Below, piece after piece: positions 27,741 through 36,929 of a stretch of DNA of 64,000 nt. The stretch covers positions 11,187 to 75,186 of the forward strand of contig DAINPM010000006.1 of the NCBI GenBank assembly GCA_036743455.1, written 5' to 3'. The position numbers were made by a program, and so were the translations under genes. Within the stretch, counting starts at the first letter, position 1. Every line of letters starts with the position of its first letter. This stretch comes from Bacteroidales bacterium (GTDB lineage Bacteria; Bacteroidota; Bacteroidia; Bacteroidales; VadinHA17). The notes below the pieces were generated by a model. It made no database searches. It worked only from the letters and a program-made list of their open reading frames with translations, and was not told the DNA's origin.

Positions 27741-29068
27741 TATAAAGCAGTTACCAAGCTTACCAATTCATCATGGTCCTTTTTGAGAGCGGTATACTCC
27801 TTATTTCTGGTCCAGGTGTAGTGTTTGATGCGAAATCCACCTATAATTCTCATAAGCACCAGATAATAGTTCCAGGCAAACAGACCTGATACAGGTATTG
27901 TAAGGAAAACCAGTATTGCAAGCCACCAGGGCGAGAAAATTATGAATGACAGGATCAGGAATACCGGTGTAAGAATTATAGCCAGGGCAAGGGAAAACCC
28001 GTATTTCATTGTGCTGTGAAACTGAACATCTTTGATTTTTCGTGTCTGAAGATTTGGAAGTAAAAGGAAAGTAAGATTAAAAAGATTTCCATAAATGAAA
28101 AGGGGAAGAAATAATAATAATCCGAAGAATCCTGCCAGAAGCCACCCAAGGGGATGTTTCTTTTTCGCCAGAAGTCTGTAGTTTGTTTTTAACTTTCCGG
28201 CTTTCTTTTTAACCTTCAGGGTCAATGAACAAATCTTATTATACAGTGTGGGATCATTTTCTTTTAGTTTATTTAGCTTGTCAATCATCATCCTGTCCCT
28301 GAATAATTTCGGATAACGGATGTCGTCACTGTATTTTCCGTTAATGAGGCTTCTCAGTTCATCAATAGCTTCATAATCTTCTTCGGATTCGATATGCACT
28401 ATTAATTTTTTCATTTCCGAAGACAGTTTTTTTCTCAGTTCATTAAGAGCTATTTCCGGTGTTTTTTTGTATAATTCGTGAAACTCGGAGACTTCAACAG
28501 GATCACCGTATACCACAGTCAATACCTGCCGGTATCGGGTATAATGAGTAAATTCAATGCCAACCGGAATGATCTTTATATTCAGATTGAAGCCAGAGGC
28601 TTCATCGGCCTGAAAAGCTATTCTGCAAATCCCTTTTTTTAACTGGCGCAAACGTCTGAAACCGGCATGATTGCCCTCAGGAAGGATTACCAGGCCGTTT
28701 TTATTGCGTAATACATTAATGGTTCTCTGGAATATTTCCTCGTTACTTTTAAGAGATTCGTATCCGTCCCTTATCCTGTAAACAGGTAACATCTTAAGAT
28801 AATAAAGAATAGATGCTATGAATTTATTTTTAAATATATCCGCTCTTGTAAGGAATACAGGCTGTGTCCTGAGAGTATATGCAATAGCCAGAGCATCCAT
28901 CAGTGCATTCTGATGGTTTGGGGCAAAAATAAGATGTTTGTCATAATCTATTCTGTCACGACCAAGAACAATGACTTTCCTGTAGTAAACATTATTATGC
29001 CAGAAACCTGATACTTTTCTAATTAATGTATAACCCTTTGAGTATTTTTCAATATTATCTTTACCCAT
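27740..29068 (-). CDS. PlsC-type acyltransferase with C-terminal membrane domain
   Basis: NHQNALMD (HxxxxD), FLTRADIF, LPVYR and PEG motifs. Confidence 0.88.
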   Translation of the reverse strand: MGKDNIEKYSKGYTLIRKVSGFWHNNVYYRKVIVLGRDRIDYDKHLIFAPNHQNALMDALAIAYTLRTQPVFLTRADIFKNKFIASILYYLKMLPVYRIRDGYESLKSNEEIFQRTINVLRNKNGLVILPEGNHAGFRRLRQLKKGICRIAFQADEASGFNLNIKIIPVGIEFTHYTRYRQVLTVVYGDPVEVSEFHELYKKTPEIALNELRKKLSSEMKKLIVHIESEEDYEAIDELRSLINGKYSDDIRYPKLFRDRMMIDKLNKLKENDPTLYNKICSLTLKVKKKAGKLKTNYRLLAKKKHPLGWLLAGFFGLLLFLPLFIYGNLFNLTFLLLPNLQTRKIKDVQFHSTMKYGFSLALAIILTPVFLILSFIIFSPWWLAILVFLTIPVSGLFAWNYYLVLMRIIGGFRIKHYTWTRNKEYTALKKDHDELVSLVTAL

Positions 29069-29224
29069 CCCCTGAATAAACCATTTCTGTTATTTATAAA
29101 TCCGTTCTATGGATATAGTACGGATAGGTGCAAGTTAGAAAAAATGGTTCTATAGTGATTAAAATAATATATTATTAAAGATGATTTATTTGAATTTTAC
29201 GTCTTTATACTAATATGTTATAGA

Positions 29225-29623
29225 CTATCCGGATGATTTTTTCCATTTGTCAATAATCCTTCTTTCTTTTTTAGTAGGACGTCCTTTCCCTTTTTTCCTG
29301 AATCCGAAAGGATCAGCTACATTTTTTATTTCCAGTTTCTTTTTTTCACTATCCGGAGTGAGGTCACTGATATAGTTTTCCACCAGTTTGGCAGATACTC
29401 TTGAACTGAGGGGGCTGATTATTTGATATGTGTATGTTACAGGAGGCTTTTTGATAGTAAGAGTTTCATTTCCTTCTATTATTCTGGAAGGTTTGGCACT
29501 GATACCGTTGACAAGGATCCGTCCCATTTTGCATGCACTTATGGCGAGACCTCTGGTCTTATATATTCTGACAGCCCACAGGAACTTATCAAGTCTTACT
29601 GATTGATCTTCGGTGCGTGCCAT
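29225..29623 (-). CDS. hslR: S4 RNA-binding heat-shock protein (Hsp15)
   Basis: RLDKFLWAVRIYKTR and GRPTKKERR. Confidence 0.92.
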   Translation of the reverse strand: MARTEDQSVRLDKFLWAVRIYKTRGLAISACKMGRILVNGISAKPSRIIEGNETLTIKKPPVTYTYQIISPLSSRVSAKLVENYISDLTPDSEKKKLEIKNVADPFGFRKKGKGRPTKKERRIIDKWKKSSG

Positions 29624-29636
29624 TTGTAATATGGTA

Positions 29637-30257
29637 TTATTGAGGTGCAGTATTGTCGCTGTTCTCCCTCGTAGTATTTTTTGGGGTTGTTTTCCCTGCC
29701 TTATTGAAGGTAGTCATTGTTATTTCCGTTCCTGCAGTACAGAATGATTTTATCATTTCAGTAACAAGAGCTATTCTTTCTTCGAGAAATTTTTTCTCTT
29801 CGCTGGTCCACCGGCCAAGAACATATTCAACCTGTCTTCCTTTACTGTACTCATTGCCTATTCCTATTCTTATCCTTGCATATTCATTTGTTGAAAGAAC
29901 AGAGTTTATATGGGCCAGGCCGTTATGTCCTCCATCATTACCCTTTCGACGCATGCGTATACTTCCCAGGGGAAGGGCCAGGTCGTCCACAATTACAAGA
30001 AGGTTTTCAATAGCAATTTTTTCCCTGTTAAGCCAGTATCTTACAGCATTTCCACTGAGATTCATATAAGTTGATGGTTTAAGGAGGATCAGATCTCTGC
30101 CTTTATGCTTTACTCTGCATATAAAACCATAGCGTTTGTCTTCAAATGAAGCATGGAATGATAAAGCAAAAGTGTCAAGAACGGTAAAACCAATATTATG
30201 ACGTGTATCAGAATACTCGTCGCCAATATTTCCCAGGCCAATTATTAAATATTTCAC
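29637..30257 (-). CDS. pth: Peptidyl-tRNA hydrolase
   Basis: GLGNIG..Y..TRHNIGF, KPSTYMNLSG and GGHNGL. Confidence 0.97.
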   Translation of the reverse strand: MKYLIIGLGNIGDEYSDTRHNIGFTVLDTFALSFHASFEDKRYGFICRVKHKGRDLILLKPSTYMNLSGNAVRYWLNREKIAIENLLVIVDDLALPLGSIRMRRKGNDGGHNGLAHINSVLSTNEYARIRIGIGNEYSKGRQVEYVLGRWTSEEKKFLEERIALVTEMIKSFCTAGTEITMTTFNKAGKTTPKNTTRENSDNTAPQ

Positions 30258-30288
30258 ACGTGTATTTAAATAATATTTTATTGGCCGT

Positions 30289-30351
30289 ATGGAACTTACA
30301 TGAATTGAATAATAATTACCTTTTGTTGGTTTCTGTTCATGTAAGTTTCAT
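30289..30351. repeat. 16-bp inverted repeat (15/16 match) with a 31-nt spacer
   Basis: ATGGAACTTACATGAA (30289-30304) and TTCATGTAAGTTTCAT (30336-30351). Confidence 0.8.
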
Positions 30352-30398
30352 TGTGCCTGTATTAACAGGGAAAACCGGGATTATTTTCCGGATTCAGT

Positions 30399-31046
30399 CT
30401 ATGATTTTTCTTTGGTATCTTTACCCTCTGCAGATTCAGCAGGAGTTTCACCTTCCCGAGCAGCTTCTCCTTCAGCTTCTTCTTCTCCTTCTGCTTTGAC
30501 AGCCACACGTGATGTTGCAACAGTAACGACAGTTGTGATTTTCGGATCAAGTAATTCCAGTTTATCAAAAGCCAGATCACCGACTTTGATGGAATGATTG
30601 ATTTTCAGATTGGTAACATCAACAGTGAGTTCTTCAGGCAGATCCTCGACCAGCCCTTTCACTTTAAGGTGTCTTTTTTTCGCAATAAGTTTTCCTCCTG
30701 CCTTAACACCGGCTGAATCGCCTGTTATGTTCACAGGAATTCTCATCACTACGGGTTTACCATCAATTACTTTTATGAAGTCTGCATGTATAAGTTTATC
30801 TGTTACAGGATGGAATTGTGTATCCTGAAGGATAGTTTTATAATCCTGACCATCAATTTTCAGTTTCACCAGATGTGCTTCATGTGTGTAGATAAGCTTC
30901 TGGAAGCTTATCTCATGAGCATAGAAATGGATATTTTGATCCTTGTCATATATTACACACGGAACATTTCCGTCTTTTCTGATACGTTTGCTGCTTTTCT
31001 TTCCAAGATCTTTCCGTAAAGAAGCCTTGATTTCTATTGTTTTCAT
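30399..31046 (-). CDS. rplY: 50S ribosomal protein bL25 / Ctc
   Basis: RKDLGKK..KRIRK.G.VPCVIY, QFHPVTD..IHADF and GVKAGG. Confidence 0.96.
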   Translation of the reverse strand: MKTIEIKASLRKDLGKKSSKRIRKDGNVPCVIYDKDQNIHFYAHEISFQKLIYTHEAHLVKLKIDGQDYKTILQDTQFHPVTDKLIHADFIKVIDGKPVVMRIPVNITGDSAGVKAGGKLIAKKRHLKVKGLVEDLPEELTVDVTNLKINHSIKVGDLAFDKLELLDPKITTVVTVATSRVAVKAEGEEEAEGEAAREGETPAESAEGKDTKEKS

Positions 31047-31128
31047 TTACATGGTATTATTGTGCTACTAAAAGTCATCTCCCGATGGCTTCTCATTACA
31101 CGTTAGACATTTTTTGAAAATTGGTGTG

Positions 31129-31136
31129 CAAATATA
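31129..31136 (-). promoter_or_regulatory. -7 promoter element TATATTTG for rplY
   Basis: Reverse complement of CAAATATA, giving a leader of roughly 75 nt. Confidence 0.6.
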
Positions 31137-31147
31137 TTATAAAGGGA

Positions 31148-32086
31148 TCAGAATACAAAATTTACACTGATGGAACTGTTATTGGTAACGGCCTTTATTG
31201 TTTTTGCAAAAATATCGGCTATAGAAAGAACTTTGATTTTTTCTGAATGTTGCCGGAGTGGTACTGAGTCGGTGACAACCAGCTCTTCTATTGCTGAATT
31301 ATTTATTCTTTCAACGGCATTGCCTGATAGTATGGGGTGTGTTGCAAAGGCTCTTATGCTTTTGGCTCCTTTTTCCTTCATCATATCTGCAGCCAGTACC
31401 AGCGTGCCGGCAGTATCCACCATATCATCAATAATAACTACATTCCGGTCTTTCACCTCACCGATGATCGACATTTCTTCTACAACATTGGGCTTTTTCC
31501 TGAGTTTATAACAGAGAACTATTTCAGTCTGGAGATGGCGGGCATAAGCGTTGGCTCTTTTGGAACCACCCATGTCCGGAGCTGATATGGTCAGATCCTC
31601 AAGTTTGAGGTTTTCAATGTATGGGGCAAATATTGCTGAACCAAAAAGGTGATCAACGGGTACATTAAAGAAACCCTGTATCTGGTCGGCATGCAGGTCC
31701 ATGGTTATCACTCTGTCAACACCAGCGGTACTCAGCAGGTCGGCTGACAGTTTTGATCCTATCGATACCCGTGGCCGGTCTTTCCTGTCCTGGCGGGCAA
31801 AACCGTAATAAGGAATTACCGCAATCACTTTATAGGCTGAAGCCCTTTTGGCTGCATCGATCATAAGCAGAAGTTCAAACAGATTATCGGCAGGAGGATT
31901 GGTCGACTGAACTATAAAAACCATATTGCCTCTTACCGATTCATCAAAGCATGGTTGAAATTCACCGTCACTGAAATTGGTAACTGAACTTCTGCCAACT
32001 TCAATACCAAGTTTGCCTGCTATCTTTTCTGCCAGTTGCCGTGATGCCCTGCAGGAAAAAAGTTTCATTGGTGCTATTCCATACAT
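31148..32086 (-). CDS. prs: Ribose-phosphate pyrophosphokinase
   Basis: FSDGE, PYYGFARQDRK, DLHADQIQGFF and IIDDMVDTAGTL. Confidence 0.97.
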   Translation of the reverse strand: MYGIAPMKLFSCRASRQLAEKIAGKLGIEVGRSSVTNFSDGEFQPCFDESVRGNMVFIVQSTNPPADNLFELLLMIDAAKRASAYKVIAVIPYYGFARQDRKDRPRVSIGSKLSADLLSTAGVDRVITMDLHADQIQGFFNVPVDHLFGSAIFAPYIENLKLEDLTISAPDMGGSKRANAYARHLQTEIVLCYKLRKKPNVVEEMSIIGEVKDRNVVIIDDMVDTAGTLVLAADMMKEKGAKSIRAFATHPILSGNAVERINNSAIEELVVTDSVPLRQHSEKIKVLSIADIFAKTIKAVTNNSSISVNFVF

Positions 32087-32126
32087 GGATAGTGTGGATT
32101 GATTAGATGATCAACAATAGTGCTTA

Positions 32127-32134
32127 CAAAATTA
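32127..32134 (-). promoter_or_regulatory. -7 promoter element TAATTTTG for prs
   Basis: Reverse complement of CAAAATTA. Confidence 0.5.
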
Positions 32135-32150
32135 ATTATTCCTGACAATA

Positions 32151-32759
32151 TCAGACAGATTTTGAAAAATTGTTGATAGATTCTTCAATGAATTCCAGAA
32201 TTTCTTCTCGCCCAGTACGTTTAACTGTTGAAGAAATAAATGTCTGAGGCAGACTTTCCCATACATTAAGCATTATTCTGTCATAATCCTTAACCGCTTT
32301 ATCCAGGGCACTTCGGCTTATCTTGTCACTTTTGGTGAAAACCCTGGCAAAAGGAACTCTGTTAATGTCAAGGAATTCCATAAAATCCAGGTCGGATCTT
32401 TGGGGCTTATGTCTCGAATCAATAAGGACGAAGAGACATAAAAGGGTCTCTCTTTTCAAAATATAATTTCTTACATTTCCCGACCATGATTCTCTCAGTT
32501 TTACCGGTACTTTTGCATAACCATAACCGGGCAGATCAACAAGAAACCAGTTTTTGTTAATGAGATAATGGTTGATGGTTCTTGTCTTACCGGGTTCTCC
32601 TGATATTCTTGCAAGTTTAGACCATCCTGTCAGCATATTTATAAGAGATGATTTCCCTACATTTGACCTGCCGATAAATCCGAATTCAGGCAGTCGGGCA
32701 GGGGGGCATTGTTGAAGGGTAGAGCTGCTTTTTTCAAAGGTAGCTGAACGGATAATCAT
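32151..32759 (-). CDS. engB: Ribosome-biogenesis GTPase EngB/YihA
   Basis: GRSNVGKSSLIN, PGKT, DLPGYG and TKSDK. Confidence 0.96.
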   Translation of the reverse strand: MIIRSATFEKSSSTLQQCPPARLPEFGFIGRSNVGKSSLINMLTGWSKLARISGEPGKTRTINHYLINKNWFLVDLPGYGYAKVPVKLRESWSGNVRNYILKRETLLCLFVLIDSRHKPQRSDLDFMEFLDINRVPFARVFTKSDKISRSALDKAVKDYDRIMLNVWESLPQTFISSTVKRTGREEILEFIEESINNFSKSV

Positions 32760-32767
32760 AATCCTGC

Positions 32768-33538
32768 CTATTTGAGATCATTATATGGCAGATCGATCTC
32801 TTTATATATGAAATGCCTGTTTCTGAAAGGAGTCACCATTTCTGCCACGATCCCTATCTGATTCTGCCCCGGAGTGTCAGATTTTTTGAGGTCCAGATGA
32901 GCTTTCCCCTTTACAGTATTGAGAGGACTGAGCAATGTAGTGTCTATAATATCGTTCCGTATCTCTCCCCGATAGAATTTAACATTTATATTTCCGTCAG
33001 ATAATTCAAGTCCTATACTGTAAAGTCCTCTGGAATCATATTCGTCTGTTGTATTGACAATAATTTCAGGATAATCCTTGTAGAGGTTGCCGTCGCCGAG
33101 ATATTCTTCTATATAAGTGGTTCGCCGTCCTTTGTTGAAACCTAGTTTGGCTCTTAGTTTGCCTGTCCGGTAATACTGTATCTGGATCCCGTGTATTGTG
33201 TCATTTACATAAGGAGTCTTTCGGAAAAGCTGCCCTTCCCTGAAATAATAATGGCTGGTGTCCTGTCTTAATCCGTTTTCATACCAGAATGTCTGGTATA
33301 ATTCTCCGGTCTGGTAAAATGTTTTTGTCAACCCTTCCCGGATACCATTTTTGAATGTTACTTCTTTTACTACCAGATTATTGCTTCCGGCATATTGTTT
33401 TATGCCTGTAAATCCAGTGTCAGGAACCATTACAGTATCAATTTCAGTGATTGCAGGTTTGTTTGAACCACCCTTCCCTGAGCAGGCTGCCAGGGTTACT
33501 ATCAGGATGATGGTGATTGTTGCTGGAAAGATTTTCAT
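32768..33538 (-). CDS. Lipoprotein with MORN-variant repeats
   Basis: Lipobox LAAC; repeated Y.NG...G....YY..G.L units. Confidence 0.7.
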   Translation of the reverse strand: MKIFPATITIILIVTLAACSGKGGSNKPAITEIDTVMVPDTGFTGIKQYAGSNNLVVKEVTFKNGIREGLTKTFYQTGELYQTFWYENGLRQDTSHYYFREGQLFRKTPYVNDTIHGIQIQYYRTGKLRAKLGFNKGRRTTYIEEYLGDGNLYKDYPEIIVNTTDEYDSRGLYSIGLELSDGNINVKFYRGEIRNDIIDTTLLSPLNTVKGKAHLDLKKSDTPGQNQIGIVAEMVTPFRNRHFIYKEIDLPYNDLK

Positions 33539-33539
33539 A

Positions 33540-34550
33540 TTAGTTTATAGTATTTTGGTTTTGTGTATTTCCTTTTATGAATACTTCAAGAAGAGTCGCT
33601 TCAGGACAGGGTTCAAGTGTGATATCATTTATCATCGCAGGCAGGAGGACTGTCTCTCCCTTTATCACAAACTCAGACTGGTCATCCCATAGTATCCTGA
33701 AAGCTCCTTCCGTACAAATAAAAATTACAAATGAATCCAGTGGATAATAATCCTTACTAATAAGTTCATTAAAATTAATAATATTTGTTGTAAAAAACTC
33801 ACAATCAACGAGGTTTTCTGTCTTGTTTTCTACAGGAACAACCGAAATTTTATTTTTCCCCGCAGCTGTGTAGTCAATAACGTCAAGGGCCAGATCTGTA
33901 TGCAGTTCTCTTGGCTTACCGTCAAACCCTTTCCTGTTCCAGTCGAATATTCTGTAGGTGATATCGGATGTCTGCTGTATTTCAACAAGAACATTCCCTG
34001 CACCTATTGAATGTATGCGGCCTGCTGGTGTAAAAAAAACATCGCCCGGATAAGAGTTTTCCACATTTAATATATCTGCAGGATTACCTGAATCAAGAGC
34101 TGCCACAAATACCTCCCTGCTGCATGCCTCACTGAATCCGGTATATATCCTGGAATTCTTTTCACTTTCAAGAATATACCACATCTCTGTTTTGCCGTAA
34201 GCCTTATGTTTTTCCTTCGCTTGTTTGTTGTCGGGATGTACCTGTATTGAAAGATCTTCTTTTGCCTCGATAAGCTTTATCAGTAATGGAAATTCCACAC
34301 CAAACCTGTCGTAAACAGCATCACCTGTTATATCTCCCATATATACTTCGATCAGTTCTTCCAGATTGTTACCCGCAAGGAAACCATTGCTTACTACTGA
34401 GATATTACCACTTAAAGCAGAAATTTCCCAACTTTCGCCATACTTAAGTTGAGGATCAGCTTTTTTATTGTAATGGGCGACCAGAGAAGTTCCCCCCCAG
34501 ATCTTTTCTTTTAAAATATTTTCAAACTTAAGCGGGTACAGCTCTGACAT
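33540..34550 (-). CDS. manA: Type I mannose-6-phosphate isomerase
   Basis: KIWGG, GESWE, LSIQVHP, GKTEMWY, HSIG and EIQQTSDITYR. Confidence 0.94.
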   Translation of the reverse strand: MSELYPLKFENILKEKIWGGTSLVAHYNKKADPQLKYGESWEISALSGNISVVSNGFLAGNNLEELIEVYMGDITGDAVYDRFGVEFPLLIKLIEAKEDLSIQVHPDNKQAKEKHKAYGKTEMWYILESEKNSRIYTGFSEACSREVFVAALDSGNPADILNVENSYPGDVFFTPAGRIHSIGAGNVLVEIQQTSDITYRIFDWNRKGFDGKPRELHTDLALDVIDYTAAGKNKISVVPVENKTENLVDCEFFTTNIINFNELISKDYYPLDSFVIFICTEGAFRILWDDQSEFVIKGETVLLPAMINDITLEPCPEATLLEVFIKGNTQNQNTIN

Positions 34551-34633
34551 TATACAATATGTTTAAGGTCTGCCGGCAGGCGGAGAATAATTATTAAAAT
34601 GGTAATCTGTTGTTATTTGAACTTTTACTGCTA

Positions 34634-34641
34634 CAAATTTA
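34634..34641 (-). promoter_or_regulatory. -7 promoter element TAAATTTG for manA
   Basis: Reverse complement of CAAATTTA. Confidence 0.5.
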
Positions 34642-34661
34642 CATATTAATGATGAAACTAA

Positions 34662-35459
34662 TCACCCGGCCATATCTAACAGAGCTTCAGCAACCTCATC
34701 AGGTTTGTCTGAATGAAGCCAATGGCCGGCATTTTTAACTGTCCTGATCACTGCATCCGGAAAGATCCTGATAATATCCTGAAAATCATCCTCAGGAAGG
34801 TACGAAGATTTTTCACCCTTTAGAAATATGATAGGGAATCCTGTCAACCCGGGGAAATATCCTGACGGACGGGGCAAACCGTCCATTATGTTGTCAATAT
34901 TAGCGAGGAGTGCAGGAATGTTTAATTTCCATCCAAAAACATTTCCTTCTTTACGTTGCAGATTTTTCATCAGAAATTTTCTGATCTTATCAGAGGGAAT
35001 ATCCTGTGACAATCGTTTTTCAATTGTATGTCTGGAAGTGATTCCTGAAAGGTCAAGTCCATTCAGAATATTCAGGATGTTGAGATGGAAGATGTATTCA
35101 GCATTGTTATTTTTCAGTGCTTTAAAGGGAGATATGTCAGCAATAAGCAGTCCCGCAAGTTTGCCCGGGTTTTCGACAGCGAATAAAGCTGCCACTTTCC
35201 CCCCCATGCTGTGGCCTGCCAGATAAAACTTACCTTCTATGTGATCATTTGAGAATTCAAGTAAGTCTTTTACCATGGCCTTATAGTCATTAGCAGGGTT
35301 GTGTGGTGATAGTCCATGATTCCTCTGGTCCGGCAGATAAACAGTATATCTGTGGCTTATCTTCTTTGCCATCGGGATCCAGTTATCTGAAGAGCCGTAT
35401 AAGCCGTGAAGTATTATAAGTGGTGGACCCTGACCATATTTCCTGTAAAATAATTCCAT
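34662..35459 (-). CDS. Alpha/beta hydrolase (YbfF-like esterase)
   Basis: LHGLYGSSDNW, DQRNHG, GHSMGGK and AGHWLH. Confidence 0.9.
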   Translation of the reverse strand: MELFYRKYGQGPPLIILHGLYGSSDNWIPMAKKISHRYTVYLPDQRNHGLSPHNPANDYKAMVKDLLEFSNDHIEGKFYLAGHSMGGKVAALFAVENPGKLAGLLIADISPFKALKNNNAEYIFHLNILNILNGLDLSGITSRHTIEKRLSQDIPSDKIRKFLMKNLQRKEGNVFGWKLNIPALLANIDNIMDGLPRPSGYFPGLTGFPIIFLKGEKSSYLPEDDFQDIIRIFPDAVIRTVKNAGHWLHSDKPDEVAEALLDMAG

Positions 35460-35465
35460 TCTCAG

Positions 35466-36182
35466 TTATGTAGTCAGTTGTCTTTTGTAGAGCTGTATAG
35501 TGTTTTCCAGACCCAGGTAAAGAGCGTCTGATATTAGCGCATGCCCTATTGATACTTCCATAAGCCATGGGATATTCCTATGGAAGTAGTTCAGATTATC
35601 GAGGTTAAGATCATGGCCTGCATTAAGTTCCAGTCCTGTCTCTCTTGCTATTTCAGCTGCCTTTATAAAGGGAGCTATTGCTTCAGCAGCATTATGGCTG
35701 AAGCCGTTGGCATAAGGTTCAGTGTATAATTCGACACGGTCAGCGCCCGTAACAGCAGCGTTCTCAATGTTTACTGCTTTTGTGTCAACAAAAAGAGAAG
35801 TCCTGATACCGGCTTTTTTAAAAGTAGATACTACGTCTGTAAGAAATGACCTGTTCCTGACAGTATCCCATCCGGCATTTGAGGTAATTGCATCGTGTCT
35901 GTCGGGAACCAGCGTTACCTGGTCAGGCCTGACAGACAGAACCAGATTGATAAAACTGTCGGAGGGGTTGCCTTCAATGTTAAATTCAGTTGTGATTATA
36001 GATTTGATCTCTTTCACATCTTTATATCTTATATGCCTTTCATCGGGACGGGGATGCACGGTTATACCATCGGCCCCATACAGCTGGCAGTTTACTGCAG
36101 CATTAAGAACATCCGGAATATTACCCCCTCTTGCATTTCTTAGTGTTGCTATTTTATTTATGTTTACACTTAACTTTGTCAT
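35466..36182 (-). CDS. pdxJ: Pyridoxine 5'-phosphate synthase
   Basis: [35 protein letters not shown] and EVSIGHALI. Confidence 0.97.
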   Translation of the reverse strand: MTKLSVNINKIATLRNARGGNIPDVLNAAVNCQLYGADGITVHPRPDERHIRYKDVKEIKSIITTEFNIEGNPSDSFINLVLSVRPDQVTLVPDRHDAITSNAGWDTVRNRSFLTDVVSTFKKAGIRTSLFVDTKAVNIENAAVTGADRVELYTEPYANGFSHNAAEAIAPFIKAAEIARETGLELNAGHDLNLDNLNYFHRNIPWLMEVSIGHALISDALYLGLENTIQLYKRQLTT

Positions 36183-36204
36183 CGCTTAAATTATATTGAG
36201 GACA

Positions 36205-36212
36205 CAAAATTA
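36205..36212 (-). promoter_or_regulatory. -7 promoter element TAATTTTG for pdxJ
   Basis: Reverse complement of CAAAATTA. Confidence 0.5.
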
Positions 36213-36257
36213 ATATAACTCTCTTTTTTTTACTATTTTAGTTGAAAATTAATATTT

Positions 36258-36923
36258 ATGACTGCAAATGATCTGATATCTCAGGTTATACCTTCTCTTA
36301 AAACATCCGATACAGGGCAGACAGCTCTTAACTGGATGGAAATATTCAGGATATCACATCTGCCTATAGTTAATAATCAGGACTTTCTGGGGCTTATCTC
36401 GGATAATGACATATATGATATGAATAAGCCTGAAGAACCTATTGGTAATCATGAACTGACTCTTCTTAAGCCTTATGTAACAGATAATCAGCATCTTTTT
36501 GAAGTGGTGGGTCTTGCAGCCAGGCTTAAGCTGTCAGTTGTTCCTGTACTGGATAACCGTAATCACTACAAGGGGGTGGTCACTACAAGTGATCTTGTCC
36601 AGCATATAGCCGGAATATCATCCATGGATCAGCCGGGAGGGATAATTGTTCTTGAGATGGTTGAAAGGGATTATTCACTCAGTCAGATAGCTCAGATAGT
36701 GGAGAGTAACAATATCAAGGTTTTGAGTATGTACATCACATCACCGCCTGATTCTACGAGGCTCGAGGTTACATTGAAGGTCAACACCACAGATCTGCTT
36801 TCTGTTATCAGAACTTTTGAAAGGTATAACTATGATGTAAAAACCTGGGTTAGTACAAATGATTCTATTGATCAGTTTTATTCAGAACGCTTTGATCTTC
36901 TGATGAAATACCTTAATATGTAA
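36258..36923 (+). CDS. CBS-pair plus ACT-like domain protein
   Basis: RISHLPIVNN, VVPVLD and PGGIIVLE..DYSLSQIAQIVESN. Confidence 0.85.
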   Translation: MTANDLISQVIPSLKTSDTGQTALNWMEIFRISHLPIVNNQDFLGLISDNDIYDMNKPEEPIGNHELTLLKPYVTDNQHLFEVVGLAARLKLSVVPVLDNRNHYKGVVTTSDLVQHIAGISSMDQPGGIIVLEMVERDYSLSQIAQIVESNNIKVLSMYITSPPDSTRLEVTLKVNTTDLLSVIRTFERYNYDVKTWVSTNDSIDQFYSERFDLLMKYLNM

Positions 36924-36929
36924 AAGGTT

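Noticed and set aside
32768-33538. YwqK-type toxin-antitoxin antitoxin
   Set aside because: It is a lipoprotein with MORN-like repeats inside a housekeeping operon (manA to engB), with no adjacent toxin.
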